Shown one piece after another: positions 56,538-64,000 of a stretch of 64,000 nucleotides of DNA. How positions within the stretch are numbered: position 1 is the first letter of the stretch; each line of letters begins with the position of its first letter. Origin of the DNA: Escherichia coli (GTDB taxonomy: Bacteria; Pseudomonadota; Gammaproteobacteria; Enterobacterales; Enterobacteriaceae); NCBI RefSeq assembly GCF_003334785.1, contig NZ_QOWV01000003.1; one strand, given 5' to 3'. The notes under the pieces are model-generated. The model was not told the DNA's origin, searched no databases, and saw only the letters and a list, made by a program, of their open reading frames with translations. The position numbers and the translations under genes were made by a program.

Positions 56538-58177
56538 TCACTCACTCTCCTGCAAGTTTGCAGAATATCATCCGCAGCCTGGTAATACTTCGTCTCAACG
56601 CCAGTTAATCCCAATAGCGTGGAGAATAAATTGTCTTGTGAATAGTGTTGCGTTTGCGCCTGTTTTTGCAGGCAGTTCTGGTCAACCTGATACCGTTTTT
56701 GATAATCCTCCGACAGCCACAGCAGCATCGGCACCTGTTTTTGGCTATCCGGGGCGATGGCATAAGGCAGACCGTGCAGATAGATGCCATTTTCACCTAA
56801 CGATTCACCGTGGTCAGAAAGATAAACCAGGCTGGTGGTAAATTTATCCTGATGTTCTTTCAGCAGATTAATCGCTTTATCAACAATATAGTCGACGTAA
56901 ACCAGCGTGTTGTCGTAAGTGTTCACCAGTTGCTCTTTGGTACAGGTCTGGATCTCATTGGTGTCGCAGGTTGGGGTAAATTTCCTGAACTGAGGCGGAT
57001 AGCGGTTGTAATAGGTCGGACCGTGGCTGCCGATGGTGTGTAAGACAATCACGCCATCACCTTGCAGGTTATTGATGTACTCTTCAAGCCCGTGGAACAG
57101 CACTTCGTCATAGCATTCGCCGTTGATGCACTGATCAGGTAGATTCAGCGCGGTGACGTTCTGGTGAGGCACGCGGTCGCAGGCACCTTTACAGCCGCCA
57201 TCGTTGTCATTCCACAGCACGTTGATGCCCGCTCGCTGAATGATATCCAGCACGCCTTCCTGGTGCTGTGCCAGCTCTTCTTTGTAGTGCTCACGCGGCA
57301 TATCCGAGAACATGCACGGTACTGAAACTGCCGTTGCCGTGCCGCAAGATGCGGTATTAGGGAAATAGACCACGTTATCTTTCGCCAGCCGCGGGTTAGT
57401 TTCACGCGGGTAGCCGTTGAGGGAGAAGTTCTCCGCCCGCGAGGTTTCGCCGACAATCAGGATGGTCAAATTTTTACGTTTTTCGTTCTGCATTAACGGG
57501 TTGCGGTGCGCGTCTTCACCAATTCGCACCAGCGGCAGATTTGCCAGTCGCTGATGGGAGTACCATGACCAGCTGGCAACAATGCTGTTAGAGGGGCTTA
57601 AGGATTTCACCAGCTCTTTGTTATTGCGGAACAACGAGGCGTAGTCTTTATAAAACAGTGCGGCGACCAGCAAAATCAGTAGTACAGAAACCAGAATATT
57701 GGCTCCACGGAAAAGAACACTGCGCAGACGCGAGGTGGCAGGTTTGATTTTTATCCAGCAGGCAATCAGCGCAGCAAGCACGCCGCTGAATCCCAGCGTT
57801 AATAACATTTGCGGTGTCATCAGCGCATAACTTTCTGCCGGAGTGGTATCAATAATATTGGCAATCATCGAGCGGTCGATGACGATGCCGTAAGTCATTA
57901 TGAAATATTGTGCAGCCGCGCCAACCAGAATAAACAGGCAGGCCAGTGGTCGATTAAGCCATAAGAAAGAGCTTAGTGTCAGGACAATATTAATCACGCT
58001 GAAAGCGACGACCGGCATCGACAAGAAAACCAGTACGTTATGCAGCGAATCCAGCGGCAGCGCCTGCAACACCTGTTTAAAAAAGGCAATATTCAGGCAG
58101 ATAGAGATATAAAAAGCGGCCAACAATAGCCAGGCGAGTAAATTCAAAGAGGGTCTTTTTAGTAGGCGCTTCAACAT
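56534..58177 (-). CDS. eptA: EptA (PmrC/YjdB) lipid A phosphoethanolamine transferase, 547 aa
   Basis: Five N-terminal TM segments plus a sulfatase-type periplasmic domain; ATGA overlap with basR; track ORF trimmed by 15 codons. Confidence 0.94.
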   Translation of the reverse strand: MLKRLLKRPSLNLLAWLLLAAFYISICLNIAFFKQVLQALPLDSLHNVLVFLSMPVVAFSVINIVLTLSSFLWLNRPLACLFILVGAAAQYFIMTYGIVIDRSMIANIIDTTPAESYALMTPQMLLTLGFSGVLAALIACWIKIKPATSRLRSVLFRGANILVSVLLILLVAALFYKDYASLFRNNKELVKSLSPSNSIVASWSWYSHQRLANLPLVRIGEDAHRNPLMQNEKRKNLTILIVGETSRAENFSLNGYPRETNPRLAKDNVVYFPNTASCGTATAVSVPCMFSDMPREHYKEELAQHQEGVLDIIQRAGINVLWNDNDGGCKGACDRVPHQNVTALNLPDQCINGECYDEVLFHGLEEYINNLQGDGVIVLHTIGSHGPTYYNRYPPQFRKFTPTCDTNEIQTCTKEQLVNTYDNTLVYVDYIVDKAINLLKEHQDKFTTSLVYLSDHGESLGENGIYLHGLPYAIAPDSQKQVPMLLWLSEDYQKRYQVDQNCLQKQAQTQHYSQDNLFSTLLGLTGVETKYYQAADDILQTCRRVSE

Positions 58178-58223
58178 CACGGTGTTTCCATCGAACAAAG
58201 TGCGCATATGCTCGCAAAGCAAA

Positions 58224-58240
58224 ATTAAGCCAACCTTAAG
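58224..58240 (-). promoter_or_regulatory. PmrA (BasR) box of the eptA-basRS promoter
   Basis: Minus strand CTTAAG-GTTGG-CTTAAT, 47 nt upstream of the eptA ATG. Confidence 0.75.
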
Positions 58241-58256
58241 TTCTTAAGGTTGGCTT
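58227..58256 (-). terminator. adiC terminator palindrome (overlaps the PmrA box)
   Basis: AAGCCAACCTTAAG-TT-CTTAAGGTTGGCTT, a 14-bp perfect palindrome 25 nt after the adiC stop; on the minus strand it is followed by AATTTTGCTTT. Confidence 0.65.
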
Positions 58257-58280
58257 TTATGTTTGCTGGATTAAGGGGAA

Positions 58281-59618
58281 TTAATCTTTGCTTATTGGTG
58301 CATCTAAGGGATACGGGTTTTTATGTAGCCGGTTGTAATTCAGCGCATACATGGCGGTGATGACCATCAGGGTGACAAATGACCACATAACCTCTTTCGC
58401 TCCGGACCCCACCACGGCCCAGATGCAGTAGAGGAAGGCAATGGTAGTAACTGCCAGATATGCCGGGCGTGCTTTACCAAAGTGACCGTGTCCGAGCAGC
58501 AGTAACGCCGCACAGGTGTAAAGATATGGCACCAGTGTAAAGATGACCGAGACGGAAGAAACCAGACCGAACTCTTTGGTCGCGTTTGGTGAAATGCTGC
58601 TGAGCTGGAAGATGGTCATCAAAATACCGACGATAATCAGCCCCGCCACTGGCGTACCCGCTTTATTTACACGGGCAAAAATCGGTGGGAACAGTCCGTC
58701 ATCGGCAGCGGCTTTCGCCGTTTGACCCGCCAGCAACGTCCAGCCGCCCAGTGAACCTAAGCAACCCGCAGCTGCGCAGAAGGAAACAATGGCCCCGGCG
58801 GTGTCACCCAACGCCATCCGTGCGGCATCACCGAATGGCGAAGCAGAAACGCGCAGTGCGGCATTAGGGATCATCCCCATAATCGCGGTGGTAGAAAGTA
58901 CATAGCAAACGGCGGCAATCAATACCCCACCAATGGTGGCGATAGGGACATTGCGTTTCGGGTTTTTCACCACACCTGCGGCAACGGAGGCACTTTCCAC
59001 ACCGATGAACGACCACAGCGTAACGTTAAGGGTACTTTGAATTGCACCGAAGGTGCCCAGGCCGCTGACGTTCCATGCCGCCATATAGGTTTCACCACGG
59101 AACCAGAACCAGCCAAATACGGCAATCCCGACGATGGGGATCAGCGCCAGCACGGTGGCAACTGCCTGCACACGGGTGATCATTTTCGGACCGACAATGT
59201 TCAGCAGGACGAAGATCCACAGCACCACGACGCAGGTGATGGTTAATACCAATGGATCTTTCAGAATCGGGAAGAAGTAACTTAAATATCCTACGCCAAT
59301 GACCACCATGGCGATATTGCCGATCCAGCAGGCCAGCCAGTAGAGGACGTTGGTTTGATAACCGAGAAACGGGCCAAAGCAGCGGCGGGCGTAAGCGTAA
59401 GAACCACCAGGACTTGGGTCGAGGAACGACATTTTGGCGTATACCATCGAGAGCCCCAGTGCACCGATAATCGTCACCAACCATCCATAAATGGCAATCC
59501 CGCCAGTAGAGGCCAGGTTTGCAGGTAACAGAAAAACACCTGACCCCATAATATTCCCCGACACCATCAGGGTGACGGGGATTAAGCCCACTTTGTGAGC
59601 ATCAGCATCCGAAGACAT
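58281..59618 (-). CDS. adiC: AdiC arginine:agmatine antiporter (APC family), 445 aa
   Basis: Sequence recognised ([32 protein letters not shown]...). Confidence 0.96.
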
Positions 59619-59754
59619 AATTAAACTCCTGCGAAGGCGAGCTTCGTGACAATAAATTACGTCATATCATACGCCTGCATTCGATAGTTGAATTATTATC
59701 GACCGGGTTATCGCTGATGCCGTTATTAATATAGCTCTTCGTTAAGGTTAAAAA

Positions 59755-60516
59755 TCAGGCGACAGTGCGTTCTCTGTGCTGACTAACATAATGCAGCGGC
59801 GTCATACCGTAGAAGTCTTTAAAGACAGAAATAAAGTACGACGTACTGTTGTAGCCGCAGGACTGTGATACCTGAGAGATATTTTTACCGTCCATCATTA
59901 ATTCATTTACGGCATAACGCATGCGGCAGGTGGTGATTATTTGGCTATAACTGGTGTTTTCGCTTTTCAACTTTTTCTTTAACAGACTTGGGCTAAGACA
60001 TAAACAACTGGCTACCATACTAAGATTCCAGTCTTTGTGAATATCGCTTTCAATAATTTGATAAACGCTGTCACTTACACAATTACGTAACATATACATC
60101 ATTAATGAAACGAATTTTTTACTGTCGAGAAAACGGGATAGCACCGTGAATAATAATGCGCGTGTTCGTTCCTTTTCTGACTCAGTTTCTGCGGGCATCA
60201 TGCTGTGTTGCGCGGCAACGCGAAAGACGTCTGGCGTCAGGCATGGCAGGGTGAGTATGGGCGTAGCGCTACGTTGCCATACTGGTATTTGCGAGAGATC
60301 TTTATTCAGAAACCGGAGGTAATCTTTGATGATGTCGTGACTAATATGAGCAACCAAAGTGTTGTTAAGAGAGGAGACGTCGATAATATTATTTTCACAA
60401 TTTAATAACGCCATATGGTTAGCTTTAAGGCTAATAGGTTCTTTCCCATTCACCCTTATCCAGACATCTTTTTCAGTCAATAAAACAATACAAGGTTGGT
60501 CGCTGCAAATCCTCAT
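59755..60516 (-). CDS. adiY: AdiY AraC-family activator of adiA, 253 aa
   Basis: C-terminal AraC HTH pair; AT-rich gene. Confidence 0.94.
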   Translation of the reverse strand: MRICSDQPCIVLLTEKDVWIRVNGKEPISLKANHMALLNCENNIIDVSSLNNTLVAHISHDIIKDYLRFLNKDLSQIPVWQRSATPILTLPCLTPDVFRVAAQHSMMPAETESEKERTRALLFTVLSRFLDSKKFVSLMMYMLRNCVSDSVYQIIESDIHKDWNLSMVASCLCLSPSLLKKKLKSENTSYSQIITTCRMRYAVNELMMDGKNISQVSQSCGYNSTSYFISVFKDFYGMTPLHYVSQHRERTVA

Positions 60517-60704
60517 ACATGTACTCCTGAGTGCGAATAAAAGACCAGTTCTCGCTAAAGCAAAGCGATACCGGGAAATGGTTATATAATTGTATGATGA
60601 ATATAAACATGCATAAAAATAACGAGTTTTACTAATAGTACAAATTTTTATAGTAATTTCTCATGTACATATTTTTTTACAGGATAAATAACAGGCAAAA
60701 AAAA

Positions 60705-60723
60705 GCGCGGGGTGGGCCCGCGC
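60705..60723 (-). terminator. adiA intrinsic terminator (bidirectional-looking)
   Basis: GCGCGGG-GTGGG-CCCGCGC flanked by A8 on one side and A5 on the other, so a T-run follows on either strand. Confidence 0.8.
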
Positions 60724-60840
60724 AAAAAGTATGACATTTTTGTTTGCAGCAATTTTTATGAAAACGTTGCCATACTCAAAAGGCCTAAGGCCAGGCGGCG
60801 TAATGTTATTTAAACAATTACGCCTTCAGCGGAATAGTGG

Positions 60841-63108
60841 TTACGCTTTCACGCACATAACGTGGTAAATACCGTCAATAATTTCAGTCCCTTCAGTTTC
60901 GTGTTCAAATCCAGGGAAATGGTGGTCCCAGGATTGCAGCGAGCGTAAATAACTTACTTGCGGACTGTTTTTATCGCCGAAGTTTTCACCAGACAGCAGC
61001 ATCGGGATTCCTGGCGGATACGGGATAACTGAGTTTGCCGCGATGCGTCCTGGCAGATTTTCAATGGATACCAGTTCGACATTGTTGTCGACAATCGCGT
61101 TGTACGCTTCACGCGGGGTGACTTCCGCCACCGGCAGGCCGGAATAGGCTTCGTTCAACCGTGCGCCAGGGTTGTTTTCTTTCAGCCAGGCAAACATGGT
61201 GTCACCCAGATCGTGAATCCCCATGTTCGCGTAAGTGTCAGGATATTGTTCAACAAGTTCCGGCATCACCTGCGCCAGCGGTGTGTTGGCGTCATAGTGG
61301 CGTTTGAAGGAGCAAAGGGTGTTAACCAGAGTTCCCCATTTCCCACGGGTTACGCCCATAGAGAACAGGAACATAATTTGGAAGTCAGTGGTGCGGGTAG
61401 GTACAATGCCGTGGCGACCAAGCCAGGCAGTGACCAGCGCCGCCGGAACACCGGTTTCTTCCAGTTCACCATCTTCACCCATTCCCGGAGCAAGGATGCT
61501 GACTTTAATCGGGTCGAGCATACTCCAGTTATCCGGAATATCTTTGAAGCCGTGCCAGCTTTCGCCCGGATGCATTACCCAGCAGTCCTGAACGGTGGTC
61601 AGCAGTTTGGTTGGTGCGTCAGCAAAGTCATAGGTTTTGCCGGTTTGTGGGTCGGTGACGACTTCTTTGTTCCACGGTTTGAAGAACCAGCTACCGTCAG
61701 CGGTGAACTCTTTATATAGCCGCGCCATCGCCTGACGGAAATCAACCGCTTCGTCAATCACTTCCTGTGTCAGTGACAGGCCGCTGTTGCCGTCCATCAT
61801 CGACACCGCCACGTCGTTGGATGCGCAGATGGCATACAGCGGGGAGGTGGTGGCATGCATCATGTAGGCCTGGTTGAAGCGGGAGAAGTTAATCGCCCCA
61901 CGACCTTCACGTACATGAATATAAGAAGCCTGTGACAGCGCATTCAGCAGTTTGTGGGTGGAGTGGGTGGCGAAAACGGTAGGACCGTTGTGATCGCCAG
62001 GTTCGCCGCGCATGGCATAGTGATCGGCATAGATCGGGTTGAAACGTGCATAGCCGTACCAGGCTTCGTCAAAGTGCAGACGATCGGAGGTTTTTTCCAG
62101 CAGATCCTGCGCTTCTTTAGCGTTATAACACACGCCGTCATAGGTGCAGTTGGTCACCACGCAGTAAGACGGTTTTTGCCCGGCTTTGTCTTTGGTCAGC
62201 GGGCTTTCACTGATTTTCTTCTGCAAGGTTTCAGGTTGCATTTCCTGCGGATAGATTGGCCCGATAATGCCGTAGCGGTTGCGGCTTGGCACCATATAGA
62301 CCGGTTTCGCGCCTGTCAGCATCAAACCTTGTTCGATGGATTTATGGCAGTTACGGTCAACGACCACGACATCGTTATCGGTCATGCAAGCCTGCATGAT
62401 GGTGCGGTTAGAGCCGGAAGTACCGACGACTACCGACCAGGAGCGATCGGCACCAAATACGCGTGCGGCATATTTTTCGCTTTCGCCAAATGCGCCAGTA
62501 TGGTCAAGCAAAGAACCGAGGGAAGTTCGTTCGATGCCCATGTCGGTGCGGAACAGATTTTCACCATAGTAGTCATGGTAGAAACGTCCGGCGGGTGTTT
62601 TGGTAAAACCAACGCCGCCCTGGTGGCCTGGCGCTGCCCAGGAATATTCATGGATGTCACTATATTTCATCAGCGCGCTGAACAGTGGCGGCAACAGCTG
62701 CTGGCGGTAGCGGGTCATCGCGGCAACGGCGCGTCCGGCGATAAAGTCGGCGGTATCTTCCAGAATCCAGGCGAATTCATCGACAAGCTCCAGCAGGTCG
62801 CGATCCATTGCGGCGAGGGCTTTTTCCCGATCGCCCAACAGGAAGACCGGCACGTTTTGTTGGCGCTCATGAAGCTTACCGATCAATTGTCTGACGTTTT
62901 GATGTTCGTCCGGATGTTCCATTTGATAGCTGAACATCAGGCAGTCAATGGCTTCGTTTGAAGAGAGAATGGCAAAACCATCATCAAAGGAGGTGGATTT
63001 AATCACGGTAACATTTTGCTGGCTTAAAGCATCTGCCAGACGCTCAACGGCGTTACCGACCCAGGTGTCTTGATGGAGAAACTCGCTTTCAACAATTAAT
63101 ACTTTCAT
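60841..63108 (-). CDS. adiA: AdiA biodegradative (acid-inducible) arginine decarboxylase, 755 aa
   Basis: Wing domain plus a PLP fold-I Orn/Lys/Arg decarboxylase; sequence recognised; tandem ATG at 63111 also possible. Confidence 0.96.
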   Translation of the reverse strand: MKVLIVESEFLHQDTWVGNAVERLADALSQQNVTVIKSTSFDDGFAILSSNEAIDCLMFSYQMEHPDEHQNVRQLIGKLHERQQNVPVFLLGDREKALAAMDRDLLELVDEFAWILEDTADFIAGRAVAAMTRYRQQLLPPLFSALMKYSDIHEYSWAAPGHQGGVGFTKTPAGRFYHDYYGENLFRTDMGIERTSLGSLLDHTGAFGESEKYAARVFGADRSWSVVVGTSGSNRTIMQACMTDNDVVVVDRNCHKSIEQGLMLTGAKPVYMVPSRNRYGIIGPIYPQEMQPETLQKKISESPLTKDKAGQKPSYCVVTNCTYDGVCYNAKEAQDLLEKTSDRLHFDEAWYGYARFNPIYADHYAMRGEPGDHNGPTVFATHSTHKLLNALSQASYIHVREGRGAINFSRFNQAYMMHATTSPLYAICASNDVAVSMMDGNSGLSLTQEVIDEAVDFRQAMARLYKEFTADGSWFFKPWNKEVVTDPQTGKTYDFADAPTKLLTTVQDCWVMHPGESWHGFKDIPDNWSMLDPIKVSILAPGMGEDGELEETGVPAALVTAWLGRHGIVPTRTTDFQIMFLFSMGVTRGKWGTLVNTLCSFKRHYDANTPLAQVMPELVEQYPDTYANMGIHDLGDTMFAWLKENNPGARLNEAYSGLPVAEVTPREAYNAIVDNNVELVSIENLPGRIAANSVIPYPPGIPMLLSGENFGDKNSPQVSYLRSLQSWDHHFPGFEHETEGTEIIDGIYHVMCVKA

Positions 63109-63306
63109 CATTGCTTACCCGGTTATGAAGGAATCTTCGTTGCGGGCAAGTATCTTCCGGCCTTTTCGGGCTGTAAAGCGCGTGAAAAACAAACATTTTT
63201 GAAATATTTAGTTTTATAAACAATACGTTATGTGATTATTTTAAATTATTTTCACTGCTTATTATCGACGGCTAAACTATTTTTTTGGCTGATACTGATA
63301 TCGTCT

Positions 63307-64000
63307 TTAGCCGGGAAACGTCTGGCGGCGCTGTTGGCTAAGTTTGCGGTATTGTTGCGGCGACATGCCGACATATTTGCCGAACGTGCTGTAAAAACGA
63401 CTACTTGAACGAAAGCCTGCCGTCAGGGCAATATCGAGAATACTTTTATCGGTATCGCTCAGTAACGCGCGAACGTGGTTGATGCGCATCGCGGTAATGT
63501 ACTGTTTCATCGTCAATTGCATGACCCGCTGGAATATCCCCATTGCATAGTTGGCGTTAAGTTTGACGTGCTCAGCCACATCGTTGATGGTCAGCGCCTG
63601 ATCATAGTTTTCGGCAATAAAGCCCAGCATCTGGCTAACATAAAATTGCGCATGGCGCGAGACGCTGTTTTTGTGTGTGCGCGAGGTTTTATTGACCAGA
63701 ATCGGTTCCCAGCCAGAGAGGCTAAATCGCTTGAGCATCAGGCCAATTTCATCAATGGCGAGCTGGCGAATTTGCTCGTTCGGACTGTTTAATTCCTGCT
63801 GCCAGCGGCGCACTTCAAACGGGCTAAGTTGCTGTGTGGCCAGTGATTTGATCACCATGCCGTGAGTGACGTGGTTAATCAGGTCTTTATCCAGCGGCCA
63901 GGAGAGAAACAGATGCATCGGCAGATTAAAAATCGCCATGCTCTGACAGGTTCCGGTATCTGTTAGTTGGTGCGGTGTACAGGCCCAGAACAGCGTGATA
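63307..64000 (-). CDS. melR: MelR AraC-family melibiose regulator, C-terminal ~231 codons (N-terminus off-window)
   Basis: The frame stays open past the track's internal Met (..ITLFWACTPHQLTDTGTCQSMAIFNLPMHLF..) to the window edge; AraC HTH at the C-terminus. Confidence 0.92.
   Translation of the reverse strand, partial: ITLFWACTPHQLTDTGTCQSMAIFNLPMHLFLSWPLDKDLINHVTHGMVIKSLATQQLSPFEVRRWQQELNSPNEQIRQLAIDEIGLMLKRFSLSGWEPILVNKTSRTHKNSVSRHAQFYVSQMLGFIAENYDQALTINDVAEHVKLNANYAMGIFQRVMQLTMKQYITAMRINHVRALLSDTDKSILDIALTAGFRSSSRFYSTFGKYVGMSPQQYRKLSQQRRQTFPG

Overview
Gene for gene, this 64-kb window matches the Escherichia coli K-12 core chromosome from pdeC/soxSR to melR. The order is pdeC' - soxS - soxR - (ryjA) - ghxP - yjcE - yjcF - actP-yjcH-acs - nrfABCDEFG - gltP - yjcO - fdhF - mdtPON-ytcA - yjcS - alsKECAB-rpiR(alsR) - rpiB - yjdP - phnPONMLKJIHGF(E)DC - yjdN - yjdM - crfC-yjcZ - proP - pmrR - basSR-eptA - adiC - adiY - adiA - melR'. 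I call 58 protein-coding genes (two truncated by the window edges) and one frameshifted pseudogene (phnE). I identified them by recognising the translated ORFs and family motifs and by reading the DNA by eye; no database search was possible. Where the six-frame track over-extends an ORF, I trimmed it to the internal start that has a Shine-Dalgarno sequence and gives the protein length I recall. I see no tRNA, rRNA, IS element, integrase, prophage or CRISPR array. Non-coding content is mainly REP/BIME palindromic repeats at about nine loci, including a 100-bp tandem array between yjdN and yjdM and a 113-bp tandem array between gltP and yjcO. There is also a Box C-type repeat, several intrinsic terminators, and readable regulatory sites: the SoxR operator, the nrfA FNR plus NarL/P sites, the fdhF sigma54 promoter, the phnC Pho box, the proP CRP site and two PmrA boxes. 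I did not find an unexplained multi-gene cluster, so I do not claim a new biological system here. The items most worth a second look are listed below. (1) nrfE, whose conserved N-terminal helix lies upstream of every canonical start codon, behind a strong SD followed by CTG. (2) The AT-rich single-gene island carrying the pentapeptide-repeat protein YjcF. (3) The pmrR locus, with a PmrA box, an SD-sequestering hairpin and a convergent overlap with basS. (4) The eptA PmrA box embedded in the adiC terminator palindrome. (5) The heptad-repeat secreted protein YjdP. (6) The dynamin-like pair crfC-yjcZ. (7) Two classic recoding or phase features, the fdhF UGA/SECIS and the phnE 8-bp repeat frameshift.
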